A stretch of DNA of 61,122 bases, counting the filler, from Platydemus manokwari (taxonomy: Eukaryota), in the NCBI GenBank assembly GCA_037951405.1. It is 5 parts of 5 records of this genome, joined end to end, with 100 filler letters (N's around TTAATTAATTAA, not from the genome) between each part and the next. Parts side by side here need not be neighbours in the genome. Positions count along the whole stretch, not along the records: positions 10,398 to 20,384 come from JBBMOY011181767.1; positions 20,485 to 33,645 come from JBBMOY011815834.1; 3 more parts are not named here. One strand, written 5' to 3'. Below the pieces are notes generated by a model, which saw only the letters and a list, made by a program, of their open reading frames with translations, was not told the origin of the DNA and made no database searches. Below are positions 12,391 to 26,543 of this stretch, one piece after another (position 1 is the first letter of the stretch; each line of letters begins with the position of its first letter). A program made the position numbers and the translations under genes.

Positions 12391-12956
12391 GGCTTAAGTT
12401 AAGAAAAAGGGTCCTTTAACCTACTTTTGTTAAAATTTATTTTCTCACACGAGATAATTTTATCACTCAATTTTGTATATAATTGCGATGTTTGATTTAT
12501 TCATATAATTCAGTTAATATCTCATTTTTTAAGATGTTTAATAGCGACAAAATATAGTTATAAAGCCAAGTTCTTATTCTAATCACAACACTTCTATATG
12601 ATTATTTGAATTTTTAAATTTAAATTTTCTTAATTATAAATCGAGTTAGTTAATTACAGATATGCTTAATAATATTATGCTCTCAATTTGCTTCTAATGT
12701 TAAAAGGGCCATGACTAATTTTCAATAAATTTCAACTTGACCTACATTTTCCATATTTCAAATAATCAAATTTTAGGAAATTTTGAAGCTCTAATGTATT
12801 TAATATTTGATTTCAAACAACTACAATTCTTCTGAAATACTTAAATAAAAAATTCGAAATGTTTTAAAAGAATATAATTAAATAAACTATATAGAATTTT
12901 GCAATGCACTTAACAAATTTAAAATTTCATTTTAGGACCCTTTTTTAACTTTAGCC
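12391..12956 (+). mobile_element. MITE family A, complete copy (GG-terminal TIRs, possibly Merlin-like)
   Basis: TIRs ggcttaagttaagaaaaagggtcct ... aggacccttttttaactttagcc. The imperfect flanking repeat aaaacactc/aaaactct may be a decayed 8-9 bp TSD. Four more copies lie in the window. Confidence 0.85.
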
Positions 12957-13727
12957 AAAACTCTTCTAATTTTTCATTTAAATATTTCTGTAGTTATATT
13001 TTTAGGAAACATCTCGATACGGTTACTGTGTAACTTTGATACAATTTATTGTTACGTACGATATTGTAAGGCAACAAGAAATTTTTAATCACTTTCGACA
13101 AATGTGATTCGAATTAAATAGCATATAATATACTTTGATGTTACAAATTAAATCTTTCAAATTTCTCTGCAATTATAAAGTTGGCTTAAAATCATCCCAT
13201 TCAACAAATTAAAAATTTCTTACCGTGCACTTAAAATTAAGCGATTTCATTTAGTGGTTATATATGTATAATAGTTGTTAAATTATAAATGCAAAATTTT
13301 AGACTTGATTCTCAATTTACTTTTGAATCGTTTAAAATAATTTATCTGATTAGAAATTATAGAATAAAATTATTTCTAAATACTTATTTCAATAGCAAGT
13401 ATTGAAATATATTGTTTTCCATAAATTGCCTACTTTCTATTTAAAGTAGACAAATGTTATAAAAGTAAATTTAATTATATAATTTTTAATATATATATAT
13501 TGAAAATTAATAGATATTTTAGAAAATTAATAGAATATTATTGTGTGCTCTAATATTTCTGTGCATTTAAATGTTTCGTCTTTGATTCTAAAGAAAGATT
13601 GGGCAGAGTTTAATAGATAATTTAAGTTAGGGTTGAGACAAATAAATTTGTACTATTATAATTTATTTCCTTTGTCATTATATTATCACTATAATTACAT
13701 GCCCGCACATAAAGATTAACTGATTTT

Positions 13728-13823
13728 AATTTTTGATGATAAAGATCATACAAATCGACAATTGAAACCACAGTCGCGACTTCATTTTGTGATTAACAAC
13801 TAAAATTTTTATCATCAAAAATT
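13728..13823. repeat. 96-bp element bounded by a perfect 16-bp inverted repeat
   Basis: aatttttgatgataaa (13728-13743) pairs with tttatcatcaaaaatt (13808-13823), with a central palindrome agtcgcgact. Confidence 0.5.
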
Positions 13824-16087
13824 TACAACAAAAATAATAATTAATCTCTTCTATTTTAGCCAACTATTAAATAAAATTAATTAACGTTGTGTAAAATAAC
13901 AATAAAATTCTTTCAATAATAGTTATCAAATGTCCATCCCTGGATATTCTTAAATTCTAACTTAAATGTGACATATTTATGTTTATAAGTTTGATTTAAT
14001 TAAAATTTTTAACTAATTATATTAACTAAGATTATTAAAAATTAAAATGTCTTATTATTTGAATAAAGTTAAATTCAGCTAATAAAATAATAATTATAAT
14101 CCAAATGCCAATAACTTTGAAAAGCACGCTATTTAATTTTTAACAAATGAAATATTATAACAAGCAATATATTAATTCCACTTATATCAAATTAGAATTC
14201 AAAAAATTAGAATTAATAATAAAGTTGACGATAATAATAAATATGATCATATTTAACTAAAATATTTGATTTGAAATTTCAATTAGTTTTTAAAAGAACT
14301 TACTCTGAAAATGTAAATTAAGTTAAATAACTTTTTAAAACTTGTAATTTCTAGACATTTTAATATCCTAAATATGGACAAATAGGCTTCTAGAATTTAC
14401 TATTAATGCCAATATCTCTTAGCAACGAGCTGCTTTAATATTATTGTAGATTATAATGAGTGCATTTCTGTTTGCAACATAGTTACTACATTTAGAATAT
14501 TTGGCAAACTATAAACACGTGGGTGTACATATTTTCTGCTAAACGTGGGTTGATTAATTAGAAAATAGTAAACACTCCATATTATCATCGTTACGATTTT
14601 TCGTACAACACATGTCAGAATACTAGCATCATAAAATTTTAATGACAGTTTGAGGTGTTTTCGATATTTGTTCATGATTCAGGTCAATCGGCAAGAAAAA
14701 GGCGTTGATTTCAATTGGAAAAACATTGCGTTTGACAGAATTGTTCCGGAATTAATTAAACAGATTTAATTTCTGTTTGCAACTAATTAAAACCAAAAAC
14801 CCGATTAATAATGTTTCTAAATAAAGAAATTCAATTTATTTAATAAACGTTCTTGTTGGATTTAAGTTTAGCTGACACTTGATTGTATTTGATTTTTTTT
14901 ATTTTAATTTTCTATGAGATCATTGATTGAACAAATATGTGTCATTTGAAGAAATTAAGTTCGACAGGAAAAAATTATTTTGTCAAAAAATTAAATGTGA
15001 TTTTCATTTTGGTCAAATAAGAGAGATCTGTAATGTCAACAAAATTCCTTTTGTAATGGAAATGATTTCCTGATATGTGATATTTTCTATCCGGATAATT
15101 GATATCCCTTGCAAATATGGCCATTTTTCGAAATCATATAATCCGAACAGTTGTACCGTCTACTTCATTAATTTTAATTTTCAAATTATCGTGCTTATGA
15201 AAACAAAATCAACTGGATATCAAACAAACAATCTGAACATCAAAATTGGTTTTAATTAGACAATTTGATTATAATACGAATTTCCCAAATCTTTGTGATA
15301 TTTATCCACGGCCACAATTACCATTCCTTATGTTGTTAATGATCATTTATGCTTTCACAAAAAATAATAATGGAAAAATCATACAAATTTATTATTATTT
15401 ACCCTACCCAAATCATTTAGGTTATAAAAATAATTATTTATAATGTTTTAGTTATTTTAATCGCTCATTTGTTTCTAAATATGAATTTCTACATTGTTTA
15501 ATAACAAATTCAGTACAGTTTTCAACAATTAGATGTTTGATTTGTGATGAATAAGCTTTTTTCAATTCTACAAATAAGATTTGATTTCAATATTTTCATA
15601 ATTTTAAACATCTATTGGCTAAATGATCATTTCCAATTGATCATATGTGTATTAGTAACTAAATAGTTATTTTAATTAATAAATCCGATTCTCAATCCTA
15701 TTTCAATCAATCGCAACATATCATTTGTTTCTCTGCATTAGCGATGATTTGTTGAAGTTTCGAAATTGAAATTTAGAACATATATGAAAAATACTATTGA
15801 TGGGAAATACTAATAATCATTTCGGATTTTCAATCGGTAATTAACAATACATTAGAATAACTGACGCAGTTAAGTTCTTTAAAAAGCATTTTATTTTTAA
15901 AATAATAACAGCCAATGTACTTTATTTAAACACATTGAAGTGAATAAAGAGAATAAAAAACTTACATTTAAATAACTATAATCATCAAATCATCAAATTA
16001 ATAATAGATCGTTATAAAATCAATAAGAATTTGCTTATTATATTTTCAGCCTATAAATAATCTTCGCATATTTTATTAAAAGAAATA

Positions 16088-16471
16088 CAGAGTGGCTCTA
16101 AAGTAGTTTTACAGTTAATAAACTACCTTTTATATGATTGGAATTACTTGATTAGTAATACCAATATAAAACATTCCTCGAAGTATAAACAAGGTTTATG
16201 AGAAGAAACCCAAAACAATAAATGATTTAAAATTTTACATTCATCTCCCATTCACAGAAAGTGATGGAGATCGGAATTTATGCAGAAATGTGTGTTAGAA
16301 TGTCCTGGAGAGATTTAAAGAATGTTGCAATGTTGAAGGAGGATATTTTGACCATCTGAGAAATTAAATTGTTTATGTTAACCGGTACAACAAATTTCTC
16401 GCTGTTCTAGTGTCGAATTTGCCAATAAATAGTCTACGTGATCACTGTAAACCAACTTTTTGGCCAACTTG
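16088..16471 (+). mobile_element. Tc1/mariner internal-deletion derivative
   Basis: TA-flanked imperfect TIRs (cagagtggctctaaagtagtttacagt / actgtaaaccaactttttggccaacttg). The interior encodes a transposase C-terminus, KVYEKKPKTINDLK...NVLERFKECCNVEGGYFDHL. Confidence 0.8.
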
Positions 16472-17880
16472 TATTAAGATGAATGTATATTGAAAAGCGT
16501 TATGAAACTAATAGGTTGGTGTTTATGGAGAAAATATAAATTACTCGAACGCAATGTTGAACCAAAATTCCAATATGATACTTTATTTATCAAAGCATAC
16601 AAAAATTAAAACATTGTGTTGGAATTTTGGTTTTGATTAACATAAATAAATAAATAAAATATTTTAAACCAAAATCAATTCGAATAAAATTTTTAATTTT
16701 TAATAAAATAAATAAATAATTAAAATATATTTTGATAGTCTTCTTTTTTATTTATTGATTTTACAAGCTATAAATGTCTATGGTTATCTGAAATCATTTC
16801 TATCATCACTCTATTTTAATAAACTTTTTTAATATTAATTAATAATAATATTTTTTGAATTTCAATTATTAGAGCAATGGCATATTTGAAATGATTTATT
16901 AATAATTATTTATCGCTTTAATACATTCCAACGAATTGTGATAAAATTTATTTTTAAATTCACCAAAACAAGTTGTCAAAACGAAATTAAATTAATAAAG
17001 AATTTGGATTACAAAATCAATCTGTTGAACACAGAAACAATTTTATAATCAAAACCAACCAACCAAATCAACCATGGTAATTTTTGATAATATTATTTCG
17101 CGAGTCATTCCGAATTGGCAGCAATGTGCTGATTGAAATCCCTGACCAGTATAAACTAAAGCAATAAATATTTATAGACTCGTTCATGATTTTCCATTCT
17201 GTCTCCATCCACATAGCTGTGCTGGATTTGATGATGTGATGAGAAATTATTCATATTTTCATTTATCTGGACTTTACCTTCATAAGAAAAAAACAGGATA
17301 TCTGAAAACATAAACTCGAATAAGATATTTATCATTGTGTTTATCGATGTATTCTTTCTTCATTTCACCAAACCAAAAGCTTTCTAAAATATATTTTCTA
17401 ATTTAAAAAGATGTATTTAAATTTATATAATTGGTTAAAATTATTCACATTATTATTATTGATAACTTTAAGCACTTAATGAAATCAAATTAAGATAAAA
17501 ATTATCCGGAAAAATAAATATTTAACACCAAACAAATACATGAAATATTTATGAATAATAAACTGTGCCTGATGAGTATCTACTTAAGCACTCAATATAG
17601 CACAACAAAAGAATCACATCTCTTGTAAGTCGCTACTAATTTATAATGCACGCGTTGGAAATGAACTGAAAAGCCACAAAATGATTTTTAATTTTAATTG
17701 TTTAAACAGATCGATATATAAAATCGGATTATAAAATCTTTTAAATTCATATTTTAGAAACTGTCATTATCATTTTGAAATCCTCACATAAATGACCAAT
17801 ATGAAAAAATTACATATAATATTTTAGTGCTATTCATAATATTTTATAAGCACTTATATGTATACGGTTAATTATATTAT

Positions 17881-18718
17881 TGTTATACTAAATTGTGATC
17901 ACCAGTCAAAATAGTTCCATCTTCCAATAAACTCATTACATAAATGAGCTGAGATCTTATAATATCCTTTAATTAATTATATCCTTTACTGACTCATTTG
18001 TTTTAAATGAATAGCTAAAAATTCCTCAATTTTGTCTCAGTGCCGCGATGCTGATGAAAAGCGAAGTAGAATTGTTGAAGGTACTTTTGCCTTTTTATTT
18101 AATATTTAATTACATTTTATTTTCAAAGAGTAATTTATTGTTTCATTTTTTATTCATTTTTAATATCATCATTATAAATAATAATAATGTCATGACTTAT
18201 TGTAATTATCATTGTCAGAAATATGCTGATATGTTTACAACATGCAGTCATGGTGGGTGTCCACTACTAAATATTAAGTTACTAATAAGTTAAATAATAG
18301 ATGGTTTGAATCTACGTACGAACAAACAATGAATTGTCAGATTCGAGCTTATTCTCGACACTGATAATTAGTCGATTAGTGTACTAACAGTTGGAATAAT
18401 CCTTTTGTAATTGTTAATAATTATGATATTATTAATATTATTATTAATGTTATTATCATTGATGTAATAATTATTATCGTTATTATTATGTCAAAATAAT
18501 AATGACCAATTATAAATTATATAATGAGAATTCAATGAACGATCTTTATGATTATAATAATCCTTGATACTAGTATACCTGGTGATATGAAAAATCAGTT
18601 TATAATCTAATTGTTGGACAGAGATATCTGCCAAATTATTTCTGAAAATTGCGTCTTAAAATTAATTGATAATGTGGACCGTTTTCTGATCACTATATTA
18701 TGTTAGAATATTATAACA
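17881..18718. mobile_element. Candidate solo LTR
   Basis: Termini TGTTAT...ATAACA with a near-TSD attat/aatat. The interior shares gtttgaatc.ac and ttcgag..t.tt.tcg.cactg blocks with ~41255-41350. Confidence 0.4.
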
Positions 18719-20829
18719 AATATACAATATATTCGGAAATTCGAACTAATATAAATATCATAGAATTGATTGAAATATTGTGTAATAGATCTCTCTAAAT
18801 AATCGAATCTCATTGGCTATTTTCCAATATTCTATTTTTAGAAACATTTAAAAAACTATCCAAGCAATAAATGTGAAAAATTGCAAACTAAATCAACAAA
18901 CCCTTTGATAAAGTACAAGAATTGGTTTAATTTCTCATTGAATTCAAGACAAACAAAACTATCTATTGTTATTATGGCTTGGTTAAAGAGTGAATGAACA
19001 TTATGGAATTAATTGGTCTGGTTCGATACAAATAATAATGTTTCATAAATTAATATTTATTTTCAATCAATAAAGTTCGGAAACTAATCTGAAAATTCTT
19101 CCGTTGAGAATTCTTATTCAATTATCTTTGGGATAATTGACAAACCTTTCCCTTCTCGATGTATCTTAACTCTCATAGCATCACAATAATATATTATGTT
19201 ATCCATTTTCACTGGTTTACTCAAATATTATATTATTATATAAGCAATCGAATATAAATATATCACGAGTACTAAATTTTAAGATGTAAAATTATTTAAA
19301 TCTTAATGTAGATAAAATGCTGAACTACTGTTTGAGATTAACCAACGATAGAACTAGCACAACCAACTCTACTGAAAGATAGCTAGCAAACTCAATCAAC
19401 AATTGTATGTGCGATACAATATATTTTCATTGACCAAATGAGTCACTGGAGATTTACAAATTATCTGATAGCCAAAATTTAATGATTATTGTTACCAAAA
19501 GTACATCTGTACGACTATTGTATGTTAGATCATTATAGTCTATGTCCTCACTCAAATATCTCTGTCATTATGATATTAACCTTAATATTGGTTACTCACA
19601 CCATAGAGTCACTGGCTCATAATTGAAACCATATAAAGGTAAAAATAAAAACTAAACATTGGGATATTACAAGCAATTATAAATAACGTGAGAGTTTCAA
19701 TAAAAATATTTATATTTAGTTTCTGTCTACAATTATATTATCACGTTTTAACCACATCAGTATTAATATTTGGTTTCAATTAACTAAAAAAAACGTTTGA
19801 TTATGTTTGAAAAAAGCGTCATTTCAGTATTTTACTAATCATAATATCAGTTCGATTGTCTATTGGGATAAAGATCGCTTCATCATAAACTACTAACAAA
19901 ATTATTGGTAATAGATATCATCAACAAATTATGAGATCACTAATAGTTATAGTATTGATAGCAGCAGTACAAGTGAATGTTAGTGCTTATATGAGATAAA
20001 ATTGAAATATTCTGGGTTCTGTTTAAATCATGAACTCAGCTGAGACGATTATATAATGGAGATGACAAATTGAGCCATCTCAATTGTATACGTAGATATA
20101 ACTTCAATAAAACTGTAGAACTTATATCTCCGCACACGAGACGATAATTCCACCAAATCGATAAGCAGTAAACGTCTTTGATCAAGATAATCGCTTTATA
20201 ATCAGATAAATATTAGCTGACATTTTAAAAAGAAAAATGCTATTTGCAAAACAATTCAGTTCTGAATTTGGCACATCACAAATAATGGCCTTTGTTTCTA
20301 TTTGTTACAGAATTTATTTATTCATCTTTCACATTAATATTTCAATAAATAAGCCAAACATCAAATATAGTCGAAGGAGACACGNNNNNNNNNNNNNNNN
20401 NNNNNNNNNNNNNNNNNNNNNNNNNNNNTTAATTAATTAANNNNNNNNNNNNNNNNNNNNNNNNNNNNNNNNNNNNNNNNNNNNTTTTTACATTGATTTG
20501 ATTTACGGATGATAAAGATAATATTTAATAACTATGTTGTCAAGTAGAAATGTTTTAGATGATCACAAAAGAATCATATAATCAGGAACTAGTCATATAA
20601 TGTTTGTGAGAATTTTAAATTGAATGAAATTTTTGAAATATTTAATTTGATAGAAAATTGTATTAATTTCTTTATCTAATTGTATTTTAATCCATAATTT
20701 GGTATTGTGTCTTTTCATCTAGTTTTCGATACGTGTTTTATCAAATTAATTAATTTATTTGGGATCTGGAATCATCGTTTGAATTTAGAATTCTTAGATT
20801 GCAGTATCCTGAATTCGAATTTTTTATTG

Positions 20830-21100
20830 ACCTCGAACGTCCAAATCCACGCTCCAGCTTTTCTTTACCAATTCCTTTTCTTCTCTTCCGAGCACTTTTT
20901 CAGACTGAGCCACTGCCGCCAGGTGATATGGATCCCAACTGGGCTTTTAAATTCCTTAGATGCTAGACTGTGTTTCTCTGCCGGTGTTTTCGTATTGATA
21001 TTGAATCTGTTCGTTTTGTGTGTTTCTGTCTCGCCGTTTCTATTTTGGCAATTATCTTCTTCCATGCACTATAGAAGTGGTGATGGATAATTTTTTCATT
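20830..21100 (-). pseudogene. Degenerate coding fragment of an unknown repeat or gene family (homologous to ~60280-60530)
   Basis: A shifted frame reads WDPYHLAAVAQSEKVLGREEKELVKKSWSVDLD, matching KDPIHMITVVQSEKELRNA*KDL..KSWWVDLD at 60.3 kb. Both copies are disrupted. Confidence 0.55.
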
Positions 21101-23356
21101 CTCACTCTCCTCATTATTTAAGTAAAGCGTTAGCCGGTTTATGGTTTCTCAACAAGTTGAAAGTTGAATTCCAGATTGTACTAAATAGAAAATTGAATTC
21201 AAGACTGAAGGTCTTGTTTTTATAAAATTATCTAAGTTTATTAGAAATTTGTCAAAAATTAGAAATGGAAGGAATGCATTTCGTTGTTGAAAATAATAAT
21301 AATAATAATTATTATTATTTAGTGCTATCATGATATATTTTTATTGTTTATTTTTATTAAAAATTATTGTAGAAATAAAATAAATCTCTATATAAAAATT
21401 ATTTTATTGATAATGACAGACATATTAGAAAAATCTCAAAAAATGTTAATCGAAAATGTTATTTTTTTATTAATAAATGGGCTTCTTGTTATTTGATGAA
21501 TTATTGAGTTATCTTTATTTCAATCTACAAAGAGACAAACTACCGAGAGGTATTAATCTGATCGAACCACAGTATTTAACAAGTTAAGACTAGCTTTATG
21601 GAGCCAATGTATATGGATCTCTTTCTTGTTAAATATTGATAAAATGCACAATAAAAGTAAGGCAGTCTTGATCCGTTCTGGGTGCATTAATGTGAATAAC
21701 TTCCAATAGTTTATAGAATATCTAGTGAATTTTACCAATGACAGCAAATGCATTTATTGATTATTATGTTTAATTATGATTGACTTTTTAGTAATGTCGA
21801 TCTACAGAAATGAATTTTTGAAAGTTATGCCTTCAGAAAATTTTTGAACGTAAAAGTCTGAATTACAAAACAATAATCATCATAATAAGTTAAAATAAAA
21901 AAAAATCAAGAATATTAAAAGAAATAATTGTTTTATTTTAATATTTGATTCATCAATTGGATAAATTTATCAACTGAGTTCAAACCGCGAAAATCGCTGA
22001 TAACAACTATCAATGACCATTTTTAAAATAAATTAAAATTCAAGTTTTCATAGCAAATATATATGGTTAGTCAAAATTAATGAAAGGCTGAAAATTTTGA
22101 AATTTAAAATGTCAACCTGACTAGGATAATGCGGCCATGTTTATAATTAAACCCACTATGTGTCATTCTGAGAGGACATAGTGCAGCACAAGTCAATATC
22201 TACGTTATTCACAAATACGTATACTATCAGATTATTTGGTATCCATAAGGGCCGCCTATGTACTTCAATCCATTTTTTCTTCTAAAGAGAATATCAGAAT
22301 ATTAGCAAAGCATCTGTCGACGTCAAAAATTCTATACTCCGCATAAATCTGGAACCATCATCAATGTGTTCAATATATCGGTGATACAGGTGATCATATA
22401 TATTGTTCATAATCTTTTACATTTCAGAAAACAATGTCAACAATACAAGCAATCATTTTATTGTTCCATTTTTGATTTCTCTAAAATTTCACATGTATTC
22501 TTGTAAGTGAATAATAAAGTAATAACAAATCTAGACAATGAGGTTTTATAAACCAAATAGATCTTAAAGACCAGCATAGATGTTAGTTTTAAAAATGCAA
22601 CTAGCTTAACCAAAAAACAAGAATCATAAAAAATATTTTCGAAGATATTTTATACTTCACGTCTTAAGTTAACCCGTAAAGGTTTTACCTTGTGTTAGAT
22701 AGCAGCGTTGTAATGAAATCTCAAAGTAACTTCGTGAATTAAGTGTGTACCGCTGATAAACAGCAGTGCAATTGTTAGTGCGGCAAGGAATGAATTTTGC
22801 AGCAATATGACAGAAATATGTAGAAGCATAATTAGAGAGTAAGGGGAAGTCAAGAAATGAACTTGAATTTTTAATCTTTTTGTATAGACATTTTTAGTTG
22901 ATTATGAAGTTATTCCATGTCGAATATTTGCATTGTGGACGTGTTTCCTTTTGAATTTTCAGTGTTGTGACCAAAATAAATATTAATGATTTTCATTTCA
23001 TAAATATTTTTCAAGCAGTAGTCTTCTCTAGCCCGCAGGAGATTGAGAGCTATAGTTTGGAATATTTTAAATCAATGTTTACAAAGCCGTGATTTATTAT
23101 TGTTTACATGCACACACACATGTACTTATGTGTGTGTGTTCTTGTGTGTGTGAGGTTTGCGTTTAATTTTTAAAACTACGATAATTTTAATTTTAAAGAA
23201 TTGTTCAATAAAAATAATATTTGGATAAAATTATATTATACACATGATATCTTACATTATATTATCCACACTTTACTTGAGTGGGTCAGATTTTTAGTCA
23301 GATAAAAGAAATTTCTTTTATAATTTAAAAACTTTATTATAAAATTTAAAATCTCA

Positions 23357-23398
<42 letters not shown>

Positions 23399-23406
23399 TA
23401 TTATTA
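23357..23406. repeat. (ATT)n microsatellite
   Basis: Direct reading. Similar tracts occur at ~37730-37756 and 44569-44645. Confidence 0.9.
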
Positions 23407-26002
23407 AATAGTTCATTTCTTTTATACAAAGTAAATTTACAATTTCGTTTTAACAATAACCAAATTTTGCCCTCTGACATTAATCCAGATTATTTCTGGG
23501 AGAATGTAAAATCTTTTGTTGAACGATAAATGAGTAATTGACAGATTGACGTGGCCATCAATATTTTCTTAAACTGAAAATCTCCAGGGAACAATTATTC
23601 GAGAAATTACGATATATTTATCTCCAATTCCTCAAAACGTCAAAGTTAAATTTGTCGAAAATGAATAATTGGAAATGAGAATTATTCGCTCACAGTAGTA
23701 GAATGATTTAATTTTCATTCTCATTCCAATCATTTCAATCATATATCTCTTATATGGATATTTGACTTAACGAGGTCATTATCAGAGATCTTTCATCATC
23801 AAAATGGGAAATGATTCTAAATACATTGTTGAGCTTTACTTGGCAAATCCCTTATTTTCCTCTCCAAAATGCCTCAATCATGACACTCCTTATTTCAGTA
23901 ATATTTCAGTNNNNNNNNNNNNNNNNNNNNNNNNNNNNNNNNNNNNNNNNNNNNNNNNNNNNNNNNNNNNNNNNNNNNNNNNNNNNNNNNNNNNNNNNNN
24001 NNNNNNNNNNNNNNNNNNNNNNNNNNNNNNNNNNNNNNNNNNNNNNNNNNNNNNAAACTTTAAAAATTATTTTACTTTTAGTTTTCTTTTGTTAAATGAA
24101 TAAAACAGTCCAACTGAAGTATCAACAGCAGAGCTTATGGAAAAACAATTGAAAGACAATGTGAGAAAGAATTGTTATCTCAAATTAATCGCCACAAAAC
24201 AAACAATCATTAAACCTGTGATGATAACAAATTTATCTCGATTAATTCTCTTGAGTAGATAAACAAATTTGGAATGACACGAGCTGATTAGTATCAATGG
24301 CAAAAACCAAACTATTTCAACCTTTTTCTTTAATAGAAAGATTTTGAAAAAATCAAACGAAACATATCAGTAAAATTGAAATCAGTTTTTGTATAAATTC
24401 GAGTTCATTGCTTGTGCTTCTCGTTGTTTTTCTCTACTTGAAGATGTGTGTGTGCGTGTGTCAAGGATTGTTTGGGTTTTCAATGGAGCTTATATAATCA
24501 AGTTTTTCATTTATTGTGAAGTATTTACTTTTCCATTTACAGAGACACTATTTTCAAATATTATCATGAAAAACTGATTCAGGCTCCTAGAATATCTATA
24601 TTAATATAAGATTGATTTGATAGGAATCAATAATTTCACAAATTATTCGATTTCATCACAACTCTAAGTCGTTAGTGTGCGTGTGTGTATGTCTGTGCTT
24701 GAAGGGGTTTTGAGGTATATTATCGAATGAGCGATTTCATTTCCCCTTATACTGATCGGGATATGGCAGGAATCCGAATCCATAATTAGAACCCATACCG
24801 ACTTCACTAATATTCACATGCAACTTAACACTTGGCTGCAGTTAAATTACATTTTGCTTATCTATCAGCAAATTCATCACAATTTTTCATTTACCAGACT
24901 TCGAGGATGAAGATTATTTTTGTTACCTTGGTAACATTAATCTTGAATCTTGGTATTTATGGTTTCAAGGTGTTAGTATTTTCATGCATTTTGAGTTTTA
25001 GAATAAGAAAAATATGATATTGGTTTCATGTAATCCAGTGTCAAAGACTATTAAAACGGATTGAAGTATTCTCAAATCTGGAATCAAAAGATTTTTAAAA
25101 TGACGTCCCAAAGATTTTTAAGAAAAACACGCATCGAATTCTCAGCTGATGAGATTGTAAGAAATTTAAAATAGAAAGTAAATAATTATTCCAGCAAATC
25201 TTCGCTCATTTATTGCTGATAACCGATGATTTATTGGATTAGATATAAAAAAAAGAAAAGTATGCTCGAAAACATATCCCTAATCTTTTACTGCACCAAC
25301 GAAAGTTTATCCTTTATTAGCTTTTTGTGCCGTGTCTTCCAGAATTATTTCATTTATATTTTCATTTTAGTTTGTTAAATGGACGAGGAGTCTCTTGAAA
25401 TTGGAAACTTTCTTTCACTTTGACCAAGTATTACTTTAATTATTGTTGAGGTATTTCTGAATTGTTCCAAGTATTTTGTCCTTTAATTAGTCTTTTTGTA
25501 TCCGAAGAATTTCTTTTTTCTTTTAATCGTTTTCGACATTTATTAATATCTCCCGATTCTTATATTTTTAAACTCAACGAAAATTAATAAATCTAATCGA
25601 TCCAACACATATCATGATCATTAATTCAACAACAGTCTATTTGTAATTTATTTCCTAGATTAGTGTTCTACAAAACTGGTTTAAAAATATATCCATTTCT
25701 CAACAAAATCAGAGCTAAAACACTGTTAATGTTTTGGATTTTAAATTTAGATTTTATTCTTTTAAATTTCAATTTCTATAATCAACACAACTAATCATTT
25801 CTAAAACGACAATTTGAAACTTTTGATAGGAAGTAAGTAAATTATTTTAAAAATCACGCTTGATGAATTTTATTTTGCGTTACATGATCAATATATTAAA
25901 TAATTTTTGTTTAATTTAAAATTATAAAACAAGTTTTACATCAAATATCAATGTTGTATAATATTTATTCACTACCAACATTGCATCGATTATGTTTCAC
26001 TT

Positions 26003-26543
26003 ATATTGCAAAAATCTATATAGTTTATTTAATTACATTCTTTAAAAACATTTTGAATTTTTTATTTAATAGCTTAAGAAGAATTTTAGTTGTTTGAAAT
26101 CAAATATTAAATACAGTAAAGCTTCTAAATCTTGTAAAATTTGATTATTTCAAAACCGGATCAAAATAAATAGAATTTGAATTTATTGAAAATTAGCGAG
26201 GACCCATTTGTCAACATTAGAAACAAATTGAGAGATATTTTCAATTTTTACAATTATTTTATAAAAATAAGCAATGATATTATTAAACATATCTGTAATT
26301 AACTAACTCGATTTATAATTATAAAAAATTTAAATTTAAAAACTCAAATAATCACTTAGAAGTGTTGTGATTAGAATAGGAACTTGGTTTAAAAACTATT
26401 TTCTGTGGCTATTCGACATCCAAAATTATAGAAATAAATCGAACATCGCAATTATATATAAAATTAAGTTATAAAATCATCTCATGACCGAGAACTCATC
26501 ATTACGAAAGTAGGTCAAATGACCCCTTTTCTTAACTTAAGCC
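26003..26543 (-). mobile_element. MITE family A copy (one TIR retained)
   Basis: Reverse-complement match to 12391-12956, ending gaccccttttcttaacttaagcc. Confidence 0.8.

Noticed and set aside
17156-17301. Possible terminal exon on the minus strand (TTTTCAG then 47 open codons)
   Set aside because: No upstream partner exon or recognisable homology, so it is compatible with chance.
17565-17605. CTGATGAG hammerhead-ribozyme-like core (also at ~25146)
   Set aside because: There is no properly placed GAAA and stem III after stem II.
19905-19950. TGAGATCAC bantam-like seed in a small hairpin
   Set aside because: The rest does not resemble bantam, and the stem is too short for a pre-miRNA.
20865-21065. 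PC4-like motif GIHITWRQWLSLKK
   Set aside because: Comparison with the 60.3-kb homologue shows that a different frame is the conserved one.
23111-23140. Perfect hairpin cacacacacat/atgtgtgtgtg
   Set aside because: Explained by adjacent CA and TG microsatellites.
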